Program-made: the position numbers and the translations under genes | In this document: in pieces, positions 27,250-38,301 of the stretch | Numbering within the stretch: position 1 is the stretch's first letter | How the letters are laid out: each line of letters starts with the position of its first letter | Origin: Atractiella rhizophila | Lineage: Eukaryota | Reading direction: 5' to 3' | Assembly: GCA_021432655.1 (NCBI GenBank) | Contig: MU271468.1 | Coordinates: forward strand, 3,967-59,535 | Length of the DNA stretch: 55,569 nt | The notes under the pieces: generated by a model | The model's database searches: none | Seen by the model: the letters and a program-made list of their open reading frames with translations, nothing else | Told to the model about the DNA's origin: nothing

Positions 27250-27610
27250 ATATTATCATGCGACGAGCATACTGCTCTCACATCATGAAAGCTGAAAGAG
27301 ACGTTGATACTGGTTGAGATCACTACAATGAAGTAAAGAGAGTTGGGGATAGCATTTTGAAGCTTTAGGCTACAGCTTATCCATCGTATCCTACCAAAAC
27401 GCCTTGATCAGCTGGGAAAAATAATTCTACCACTGTCACTTCTTTCAGCTGGTTTGTTACACTCCAAACTTACAGACGATGGGACGGGGGTTGGATCTCG
27501 CATTTACGCATAATGCTCACTTGAAATCAAACATAAACCTTGTCGTTGCCAAGCAAAAATGGAGAACCAGAGATCGGACAAACAATGTTAGGTGCGTCTC
27601 TTTGTATTCT
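27250..27610 (+). pseudogene. Degenerate RNase III-domain remnant
   Basis: In order across frames: IMRRAYCSH, HYNEVKRVGDSILKL*ATAY..YP, QLVC..NLQTMGRGLDL, TMLGA. This resembles the RNase III pattern ALTH...NERLE.LGD..LKL...LV.N..L...L.L...EA++GA. Stops and frameshifts present. Confidence 0.35.
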
Positions 27611-28739
27611 GAACTCGCATTCTTCTCCCACAAGCTTCTAAGCACCTCCAGAAAAGTAATAACCGAGTAGATGAGATCTAGAGGGACTCGTTGAGGAAAC
27701 GAGGGGGCTTCTGGAAGGGATGCTGAGAAAGCATCCAAAAGAGGTATGACATGGTTAGACAAAATTTCAGGCGCACCCCAAACTGCATTGTGATCACAAC
27801 AGGTCGGTTGGAAGCAAGCCGCTTCTCGGTATCCTAACTCCTCCCCTAATTTCGGGGACCGTGATTTCTGCAGAACGAGAGCAACGACCAAAATACTCTC
27901 GTTGATCCACAACCAGCTGTAACCCAATCTTGACGGTTATGGTGATCGGCCGTACTTTGGAGCGGAGTTCCTGTTCTCTTCCACCACGTCACTTTAGAAG
28001 GAAGGAGAGCTACGATAAACTCGAAACGTCCCAGAATTGACATTCGATCACCATCTATCATTTTCTCGGATGGTTGGTGGGGTGAGGACTTAAAGTCAAA
28101 TCAAAGTTCCCTTGTGACTTGATGGACCTGATAGAGCTTTCGGCACGATATTTGACACCCTTCATCAGGCTCCCACACCATAACAATAATTTGCGAAACC
28201 GTGTTTGCTAGAAATTACACTCAGCATCATGAAAAAGAACCGCTTTGCGGTGATGCACATCTTCTGATCCTGATCCTCGCTTCAGAAATGGGCACGTGCA
28301 GAGGGGAGGTGCATAGTTAGAATTGCCATTTAAGACTCTGTATTAAGAAGTAAGAGTGTGGACTGGAAGTTACGTTGCTACTTGTGTCGCGTGCCCATAT
28401 CCTCCTGGTAACTGTTATTATTATGTTAAGCCAATGCCACACTTGGGCGAGCAACGACCTTGCTTTTTCGTCCTCAAGTGTGGGGCTAGTGTTTGTGGGG
28501 AAAGAAATCTTTGGCACTTGCTTGTAGTAGTAAATACTGTCTTTAACCGGCCATACGTTTGTATCCTACAACAAGACAATTTTAAGGAGCAGAGGAAACA
28601 TTGCTATCAGTAAGGGGCTTTTTAAGGACTAACCGCTGCTATCACTGTCTTCGCTGCTTCGTGCGCAGGTGTTCGTATACAGCACAATCTATCATGACAT
28701 TTTGATGCACCGTGATTGGCACGTGCTTCCTACGCTGAA

Positions 28740-28890
28740 GCTGGAGGCTTCGGAGAAAGATGGGAAGGAGATACAGAAGCATGACATCTTCTTTTGGCTC
28801 GGCTTTGAAACGACGCAGGATGAAGCTGGTACGGCAGCCTATAAGGCCGTAGAGTTGGATGAATGTCTGTTGCCTCCTCTCAGAAATACT
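28740..28890 (+). pseudogene. Gelsolin/severin fragment, copy 2
   Basis: [35 protein letters not shown] plus the start of the next intron, nearly identical to 32045-32165. Confidence 0.85.
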
Positions 28891-29459
28891 GAAACAAGAG
28901 AAACAGCAGGTAGGAAAGAGTTCCCTGAATCCTGTCACGTGGCCCGTAGTCCGACCTTGTGGTTGACGACGTGAGATGTTTGGCAATCTCAGGGACGAAT
29001 TTGAGATATAGACACGCATGGAGTAGGAGGAATATGTGGTTGAGCGAATGAATTACTTGTAGTCAAAAGGTTGGGCAGCGGTGGGTCGGTTCTGGTTTTC
29101 TTACTACCCTTCCTTTTCCTTTTTCCTGCAGTGCCGTTTGCGCTTCATGACAGCCTCACAAAGTCGCTCATCGCCATCACAAACTGTCCTGTGTCAGTCA
29201 GGGAATTACGCGTCGAAGGTTATTGTGACCTGCTTGCTGGATCGACTCAGGTAGTCAAACTTGAAAGATGGATACACAATGGTTACTGTCGGAGAAGTCA
29301 CTTATCATGAAGTACTGACGACTATGAGGCATGAAATGGAGGAAGGGAAGTGGATAATATTGAGTAAGATCGTTAAGAAAAGAAGACGCAAAAGAACAGG
29401 GATAGAGGGTTGGAGAAAAGTCGTGAACTAAAGATATTTTCAAAACTGTTGAATAACGT

Positions 29460-29743
29460 TTACATTCTTGTCCCTCCGTCAATGTAACGGTCTTGCGCGC
29501 TGCGAGTAGCTTTCGCATCACATATGAGTGCGTTTCGCTGAAAGGGGAGAGGGGACCTCACCTGTCACGGTGCTGAGGATGTGAAGGATATAGAGGACTT
29601 CTTCTAAGCGAAAAATTTCCATGGTGTTGTCGACGAGCATGGCGTAGCCGCCGTTTATTTCTCCCTAAGACGGATTGGGAAGCCGCTATGACAGGGAAGT
29701 AGGAGCTCACAAGTAAGATAACTTGAGGGGTTGGCGCATTCAT
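29460..29743 (-). CDS. Orphan spliced microprotein B (61 aa)
   Basis: Exons 29743-29711 (MNAPTPQVILL), 29664-29562 (GEINGGYAMLVDNTMEIFRLEEVLYILHILSTVT) and 29509-29460 (ATRSAQDRYIDGGTRM*). Intron positions and phases match copy A. Confidence 0.6.
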
Positions 29744-30372
29744 CACGTTGTTGCTTTCTTTCGTGATAGTGGTTGTGAGATGTTTTGCAGAGCACTTCGA
29801 TGGGCTTGCTGCTTTTATGGGCTGGGCTTGGTAAGCCGACCGAGCTTAAGGATTTGGCGCAAATACTTGATCGGGGTTCATCTGAGGGAAGACGGCAAAC
29901 TGTAGGGTAACAACTTGATTAATCATTAATGCTCTGTGATGCGAGATAGACGAAGGACAATTCTTTCAATTTCAACTGTGGAGTGAATGTATTTTTCCAT
30001 CAGTCCAGCGGGCGAGATGCACAAGGATGTTGATCTCTCAGGTTTCTGCCACCCATTGATAACTTTTCAGCACCTAAACTTTATCCGTCTGCTGACTTCT
30101 CAAGCCTTCCAGCCTATTAATATGGTTTCGGCACTCGTGTCCTTTATTCAATGTGCTCGTCAGTCTACCTGCTGTGCGAGCCTCGATGCAAATCTAGGAG
30201 AGTTCTTTCGTGTGCACCTGCTCCAGCATTTCAAAACTTCCAATCCATTCAGAGATGGCTGACATTCCTGCATGATATGATTACAATAATGTAGCACAGT
30301 GGGAACGTTGTTGAAGGAGGCTTCTCGTCGCCTTATGACGGATCTAGCCCATAACTTTCTCAGCCCATTGCA

Positions 30373-31265
30373 TTAATGCGATTTTTCAGGTATCTCAAGA
30401 TTGAAGTTAATCAGAACTGTGAATGTTCCGCAAACCTTGTTTTTCATGCAAAGTTGAGATTCAGAATTCTGATAAAAATTCCGGTGCAGGCCTTTCCCCT
30501 GAGATGAGGCACACGAACATTTAAGGTCACGCTCATCACAAAATCTTTTCGCCAATATGTTCTCTACTCCTGATTTCCGGCAAACCAATATTATATGATC
30601 CCCGCAACTTCACACGAATGCACCTCATGTTCATCCCTTTAATATCCAATTCAGGTTGGTGTACAAGCTTCTGGAAACGTATGTAAGACACGGATGAGGA
30701 TTCATTCCAGGCTGCGGTATTTCTTCTCCTAGGTAGCATTCAGTTTGCCTCGAGCTCGCACAGTCACTTTTCAACACCTCCGCTCCACCGAAGATTAGCG
30801 ATGGAAGAAAATAGTCAGCACGACAACCCAATCTGGAGTAGCTGCGGCCTACTTCTGAGACTAACCCCTGCTTTCAAGAAGGTTCTGAGTGCTGGAAGCC
30901 CATTATCTATGTTTGGAAGTGCGAGAAAGTCATGCTCGTTTCCCGCGACTCCTCCAAATAACTTCAAAGAGGCGATGAGACCCCAGATGACGAAAGAAAC
31001 GAACTCTGGTTGTACCATCCTTTGCGGTATATTTTGGGTGATGATATTGACAATATGTCGTTGGCAACTGCTATCCCTTCAACTTCCCAGCCTCAATAAG
31101 AATGTGTAAAACAAAAAGTGAGTGATCCAACCGTGAACGTCTTTTCGTGCGTCCGTATCACTCATTCTGAGGCGCAACTTCTCTACTTTCATCCAAATTT
31201 TCTATCACTGTCCGATGTCAGAGATAATCCTGAACATTTCAACTCGGACTAATTCTAGGCCGAGT
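30373..31265 (-). pseudogene. Possible decayed F-box/LRR-like gene
   Basis: A chain of short Leu-rich minus-strand ORF fragments (LELVRVEMFRIIS; LPALRTFLKAGVSLRSRPQLLQIGL), loosely similar in character to the F-box/LRR gene at 42467-44050. Heavily disrupted. Confidence 0.2.
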
Positions 31266-31617
31266 AAGGCAATCCTTTATGAAGGAGCAAATAAATAACG
31301 TGTAGATCTAAACGATTCCTGCAGTCTGGCCAGCTGCACTCCTGAATTCACTGTCTCGGATACTTACGCAAGTCCAAGTTAAGTATATGTCCATCTAAGC
31401 AGCCTTTAAGTAAGCTCTCGCTTGTGAACTTCTCCTAGTCTCGGGAGAACATTGACAGATAGGATACGCTTCTCTCTCTTTACGGTTCCAAATGTAGCAC
31501 CTGGATGTCAAAATTCTGGGGATCGCAGGAAGTTGTTCCAACGTTCCAGCATTCGGTACCGCTGGAAAGGCACCGCCCAGCTGCAATTTGACAAACATAA
31601 ACGAGACGTGGAACAAA

Positions 31618-32963
31618 ATGGGGGAACAGGGCCAGGTTCCTCTCCAAGAATCCAACATCTCACTCTTGGGGTCTCAAGTTCGTTGCCACCCTCTTTGTCC
31701 TGAATCTGAGCCGATAAACAATTTTGCGCAGATAGATCATGAAGCCAAATTTGAGTCCGCAGAGACTGAGCTTGCATTTCAACTCCCGGGAATCGGCAAT
31801 GAAGGTTCGTTTTCTGCATTCGACGAGAAGATGTTTACGATTGAATGTGCGTGATCTCAGGCGGATTGTGGATTTGGCGTGTCGAGGATTTCAAGCTTGC
31901 CCTCTGGCCCCGAGAACGTTATGAATCCGGAGAGTTTTGTGAGGGTGACTCTTATGTGGTCCTGCAGGTTCGTTCCTTCTCATCAATTCTCCGGATCCGA
32001 TTTAACTCAATGTTTATGGTAGAGTGAGAAAGTTGGGAAGAAAGACGGGAAGGAGATACTGAAACATGATATCTTCTTTTGGCTCGGCGTTGAAACAACG
32101 CAGGATGAAGCTGGTACCGCGGCCTACAAGACTGTAGAGTTGGATGAATGTTTGTTGCCTCCTCTCATCACGGAACAGAAACTAAATCTATCTATGGGAC
32201 GGACAAAGTGTTAGGAGGTGGACCGGTCCAACATCGCGAATTAGATAACTACGAATCCTCTGCCTTCCTCGGTCTGTTTCCCCGAGGTTTTACTTCTCTT
32301 CAAGGGGGGCACAAGAGCGGCTTCCATCATGTCTCCCCGACCTCCATCGAGCTATCCGAACCGCGACTCTACCTCCTCCTTCCTCCTTCCCAAATCAAAC
32401 AGCTTAAGCTTCCCCCATCATCCCTCTCGCACACAGCCATCTACCTTGCCGATAAAGGCGACAAGACCGTCCATTGGAATGGCTCTAAATCCTCTCCGCT
32501 CTTGAGAGCAAAGGTGGCGCAGATGGTCAGACGATGGACGGATGCGAGAGCTGGAGAATGTACGCTCGAGGTTGTAGATGACGGCCAAGGTGATGCACCG
32601 TTCTTCAGCCTGATCAACGTCTCCAAAGTCGAAGTTGAATGGGACGACGATGCGCATCTGTCGCGAAAGTCGGTCATCAGTTCCATCGAGATTTATCTAC
32701 TCCCGGAACATGGAGAGCCTAGCAACGTCGACTGTGCCGGAAACGTGAAGGATTCACTGAGGACAAGTGAACTGTATATCCTTTTGACGAAGAATACGGT
32801 CTATGTTTGGGTAGGACAAGGCTTGGACACGAGAAGAAAGAAGTTTGCGATTCCTTCTGCTCAGAAGGCCCTCTTTGGATTGCGGAAGGGGGGCAGGTTG
32901 CCTATTGTTAAAGTTGTGGAAGGATACGAAGGGAGTCAGTTTGATAAGGACGTTGGAATATGA
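31618..32963 (+). CDS. Three-domain gelsolin family protein (severin/fragmin-like), multi-exon
   Basis: [26 protein letters not shown]...[10 protein letters not shown]...GDSYVVL...[27 protein letters not shown]...PVQHRE...[10 protein letters not shown]...VYVWVG...VVEGYE. Confidence 0.92.
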
Positions 32964-33115
32964 AACCGAAACCTGTTGCAAGAAAGAATAAGAATACAGG
33001 AATGTAACATTGATGTATGAACCTAGTTTGCTCGATAAAAATACAATGTGATGCTTACTCAACGTCCATGCTTCCTATGAACATTTTCGCGACGGAAGAG
33101 GAGGTAAGGGAGCAC

Positions 33116-35037
33116 CTAAACGAGACTCCAGCCACCTTCCTCTTCCACCTCCTCTTTCACTGTTGCCCGTTCAGCACGACTTCTTTCCTTCTCCCGTCCA
33201 TCCCTCCTCTTGATAAACCCATATCCTCCGCCTGTTCCACTCGAACTTTCGCTTCTACTCCTCCTATGTTCCGTACTCCCACTTCCGCTCGCACCGCCAC
33301 TTCCATCCTTTGCGCAGACAATCTGAAGCACCCTCTCAAAGTCCACATCCCAACTCTCACCCTCCTCCACGCCCACCAAACCCAGGCCATTCGCACTCGG
33401 GTCTCTCTGCAAATTAGGCAAAGAAAGCTTCCGCTTGCCAGTGACGTGGCTTCGCGTCCCCAGTCGTTCCGCATCCTCGACTTCCAACCTAAGAGCGTGG
33501 TAGAGAATCGAAAGCATATTCTCTCCTCCTGACGCTGAGAGCTGAGAAACCCGTGCGCCTTGTGTATGCGCTAGGTAGGAAATGGAGTAAGAGAGCATGG
33601 AGAGAGCGGTGAGAAGGGCTTCAGTGGATTGCGGCGACGGTCGAACAGACAAACTAGACGTGGCAGACGGAGAGGAAGAAGAGGGATCGATGGAAGATGT
33701 AGATATATAAAGTGGATAGCGGGAAGCATATCTATCTTTGTTTTAGCAGTACAATGGGGAATAGAAAACTGAAGACTGACTTCGTCGACCATCCTCCTTC
33801 CAACGACGAAGTGGTCATCCCTGGTTTTCCAGGTCCAAAAGCCGCCAGATCGGGGTTGAAGGGCAATTTGACGGCAAGATACATGGCAAGGAGCCTTGTG
33901 AGATGAGCGAGATGCCAAAGCGCAGTATTGACTCTTATGATGCTTTGTGAATCCTTCATCCGTCTCAGATCCCCTATCAATCCCAATCGACATCCAGCGA
34001 TCGTCCACTCTCTCCCCGCAGTACCCTCCACCTCTCCCACCTCAAAAACCTCGATCAATTCGCTTACTAACACCCGTCTTGTTTTTGCTATCTCTTCACT
34101 AAGCTCCTCCCACCGTCGCTTGCTCACCTTCACCTCTTTGTCCGCTTGCCGAAGGCCACCCGGCACGGACTCAAGAGCAGAAGCATCTGGCGAGAGGAGG
34201 GGTGTGACGGGTTGCGAGAGAAAGGGGTTGGTGGAGTTGGTAGCGGATGAAGAAGTGGAGGGAGCGGATGGCGGATAGGAGAGATAAGTCAGCTGTTGGC
34301 GAGCTCGAGACAGATTCTGGCGCCGCCTGTCCAGCGAAGTCCGTAGGGAAGATAGGCGAGTAGAATCTACGGTCGTGATCAATCAACACTTGCAGGTACG
34401 CTCGAAATACTAAATGTTGTAATGTGAAGGAAACTAAGAGGCGACAAAGCACATATAAGGCATGATATGTCCGATATTGACTGCGTGGCCTAACGGTTCC
34501 GGCGTCTGTACACGCAGAGAAGAGTATATGTCCTTTTGTTGGCTTCATCTCGCGAAGCGGATATGTGGACAGATAGAATGAACATTATCACGGCCATGAT
34601 GCAACCATAACAAAAAGCTATGAATGAGGCGAGTGAAATAGTCAAACAATTTTGCTCCTATTCATTCATAGACTTGAACAGTAGGATAAATGAAAAGTGT
34701 ATACTAACTAAACAGAGCAAAACAACACGAAAAGTGTACCCTTTCTTTAAAATGGAGGTAGGAACTTACAATCCTTGCACTCCTCCCTCAACCTCGCCTG
34801 CTCTTGTAACGCTTTTGCGAGAGTCCACTCGACCTCCCACTTTTCTGCTTTTCCCTTTCGTTCTGCTTCCACTCCACCCTCCACCAACAGTTCCTTCGCC
34901 CGTTTCCTGACTTCTTCTCTCAGGGATTCGACTTTGGATAATGTGGCATGATGACCACTTCGACGATCGGTGAGGCAAGACGAACAATAGAACTTGGAGA
35001 GATTAGGGCGTTGGCATGTCGGACAGGGGAGGCCCAT
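33116..35037 (-). CDS. Atg14/Vps38 (UVRAG)-family PI3K complex subunit
   Basis: N-terminal CPTC...CSSC zinc motif, a coiled coil, TRRVLVSELIEVFEV, INTAL.HLAHL..LLA.YLAVKLPF-like segment, and ALSMLSYSISYLAHTQG. Confidence 0.8.
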
Positions 35038-35255
35038 AGTCCTTCTAGGCTTTTCCTCTTCTTACTGTACTCTTCTTTGGGATGTTAGTGAGGGAAAATA
35101 ACCAGATACAGGCAAGTGCAGAGAGATCGTCAGTGTATTGCTGTTTGTCTTCGGATCCGAAGAGCAGACGTCGTTAGGATTTAGAACCGTTCGACGACCA
35201 TCTCCCCTTTTCTCGCCTTTTTCACCTTCGTTTTCAAGGGTGTTGTGGGGTGACC

Positions 35256-37905
35256 ATGTCCACTATAGAGCAACAAATCCAACGAGGGGCCATTGGAGGG
35301 TCATTTGGCCCTTTTCCCGCTCAATCCTCATTTCGAGGTGATTCCTCTGCAGTCGGCGACGATTCCTTCGACTCCCCAAATCCAACTCGTCGCCTTCTCC
35401 CCCGCCAATCTTCTTACGGCCGCGACTCGCGATACTCTACTACTGGCGCTGAACTTTACCCCGAAGAGTATGGGAAGGAGGACGCTCGCCTATCCGCTTA
35501 CCTCCCTCCAGGCGCGGCTGGAGGTATGGCCCCGGGAACCGAATTCGAGGATGCACGCATCGCAAGACAACAGTCCGGCCTCTCTTACATGTCGTCTTAC
35601 TCCAACCCACCTCCCTCTCCCGGATTCCCTGGTGGTGCAGGCCCGTCGCCTAGTTATGCGGAGACAATGAGCAGCCTGTTGTGGACTGACGCAAATAAGG
35701 AGGGCGACGATTGGCTTCATGACCCCGGAAAAGCTTACGGGAGCAAAGGAGCTTGGGGAGCAGGAAGCTCAAAGAATCGTAGACGTCCTGGATTCCAACT
35801 TTTTTCCAGTAGAGGTTTCTTGAATACTGCGGCCTTGCTCATCCTTGTCGCGGGTTTACTCGCTCTCTTCGTCGCCTGGCCTATCTTTGATTTTTATCAC
35901 AACCACAATCTCCTCAACAACGCAGGAGGCTTCTTCGGTCCAGGAGGGACGAACGCAAGTGGACAGGTCGGCGAAGTGGCAGGCTGGAACGGCCTTGTGG
36001 ACAAAGACACCCAGGACCCAGTAAAGAAGTGGACATCCCCAGTCCAAGGTGATACGCTCGACATTGTCTTCTCAGACGAGTTCAACGTCGATGATCGCAC
36101 GTTCTATCCGGGAGATGATCCATTTTGGGAGGCAGTAGATTTACATTATTGGGCCACTGCGTGCGTTGACCAACTCCTCACGCCTACTTTCTCGTAAACG
36201 TGAAAGCTGACGCTACCGCAGGGATCTGGAATGGTATCATGTACGTTGGTTCCCGATGGTGGGACTCTATGTTGATGAGGCGTGGAATGATAGCCTGATG
36301 CGGTTCGAACTCGCAATGGAAACCTCGAGATTACGATGACAGAGGAACCGCAGAGCGGACTGAATTGGAAGTCAGGGATGCTTCAAAGCTGGAATAAGTT
36401 CTGTGCGTTCTCTTCTCTTCCAGCCTATCCGTTCCATTCTGCGTGCTGTAAGCTGACAGCGATTTCCGAAGGTTTCACTGGTGGTTACATCGAGGTCAAC
36501 GTCTCGCTCCCTGGAAATCCTAATTGGTACGCCTTTCGCTTCCATACGGGATTCGCTAAACGGCCTTGATGAAGGTTCGGGTTATGGCCTGGAGCGTGGA
36601 CTATTGGCAACCTCGCTCGACCTGGTTCGTCTCCCTTCTTACATTTACTTCCTCTTCCCCATCTTCTGAGCGTCTCTCATAATGTTGTAAGGCTACGGAG
36701 CAACGAACGATGGTGTCTGGCCTTATTCCTACGATGTGTGCGATGTCGGTACCTACCCCAACCAAACTCGAAAAGACAACACTCCATCAGCAGCATTGAC
36801 TTCTGGTAGCTCGGACTACAATGGAGAGCTCGCTTATTCTCCGGGCCAGAGGTTGTCAGCCTGCACCTGTCCAGGAGCGGATCATCCCGGTCCCACACAG
36901 AATGGAAAGTTCGTTGGACGCGCGGGTCCCGAAATCGATATTCTCGAGTCTCAGTCTTGGTTCGCTGGTAAAGCCGGCGCTTCCGTTTCGCAGTCTATCC
37001 AGGTGGCTCCCTTCGACTCAGCCTATGAGTTCAGGAACGATTCGACAGCGGCAACGATCTATAATGCTGAGACATCGGTTTACAATTCGTTCAAGGGAGC
37101 AGTTTATCAGGAGTCTGTCTCGGTGATTTCGAGCACAGATCCACAGGCTTACAACGGGAATGTCTATAAGACTTACGGTTTGTTCTAGCTTTCAGCGTTA
37201 GTGAGAAACCTGAGGAAAGAGTAGGATTTGACTACAAGCCCGGAAAGGATGGATGGATCACTTGTGCGTGCATCCTTTTTTTTACCGTACTTCGTCCCGA
37301 GTGACGTACTTCGTGATGGAAAGGGTACTACGATGGGCAGGCCACTTGGACTATGAACGCTGCAGCGATTGGACCGAACACACTAACCGAAATCTCTCAG
37401 CGCTTAGTATCTGAAGAACCGATGTCGATCGTTCTCAACTTTGCGTTCTCAACTAAGTTCCAAGGCGACCCTTCATATGGTAGCATTGTATTCCCTCAGA
37501 CTTTCTTCATCGATTACGTCCGCGTCTATCAGAGGGGAAGTGTGAATGTAGGATGCGAGTACGCCGTTCTTTTGAAATAAGGAGGTGGAAGGAATGCTGA
37601 TGATGCTTGGCTTATGTACAGCCCGAAAGATCATCCAACGGCTCAATATGTACGTCTTCTCCTGTTTCAGAAGGAAGACCTGCTCATTGGGATATACAGA
37701 TCCAAGACCACCCGAACGCTTATATGAAGTATGTTCCTTCCTTCATCCCCATAGTGAAGCAACAATTAACTTTTCACGTTTAGCCCGCTCACCACAACCT
37801 GGGCACAAGCTGGTTATCAGTGGCCAGTGAACGGAGATTACGGTCAGTCCCTTCGTCCATACACCGCAGTATGGAAACTGAAATGAGAGAACAGACACCT
37901 GTTAG
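35256..37905 (+). CDS. KRE6: KRE6/SKN1 beta-1,6-glucan synthesis-associated GH16 type II membrane protein, copy 1 (intact)
   Basis: DDWLHDP, SSRGFLN + TM helix, VFSDEFN, DDPFWEAVDLHYWAT, SGMLQSWNKFC, GLWPGAW.IGNLARPGYGA..DGVWPYSYD.CDVGT, PGQRLSACTC, PEIDILE, EPMSIVLN, IDYVRVYQ. Confidence 0.93.
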
Positions 37906-38301
37906 ATAGCTTGAGCTGAGTAAAACCCGTGCTTAAATCCTTAGTGACGGAATGAATGGACAAAACGGACGGACTGAACTTTCGCTTCACTTTTTTGCCT
38001 CTTTCTTATGACCTACAGATTATTCGCTTTTAAGTAATCTTGCCCTCACGTGCGATCCTGATCCTGTCATACTCCCTTTTGGCTTCGTGTGTAATGGTTC
38101 TTTGTTTCAATTATTCACTTGTGTCCAGCCCCAAAAGCGGATAAGTCCCATTTCAAGTTCGGTACACAGGTACGTAAAAAATATGAGGATGAAGGCTGCA
38201 GACTGAATCGAAACACGAAGATACGGTGAGGGCTCGAAGAAAGCTTGAGCCACTATGATGGTTTGAGGTAAGATGGCGTTATGACTGTAGGGATGATTGA
38301 C

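Larger units (their letters stand above)
28740..29820. repeat. Diverged direct duplicate of about 25600-26965 (gelsolin fragment, shared spacer, microprotein gene)
   Basis: Colinear shared words include gtcacgtggcc, ggaatatgtggttga, gggtcggttct, cggagaagtca, actatgaggcatgaa, gtaagatcgttaagaaaagaa, ccctaagac, gagctcacaag and gctgctttta. Confidence 0.8.
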
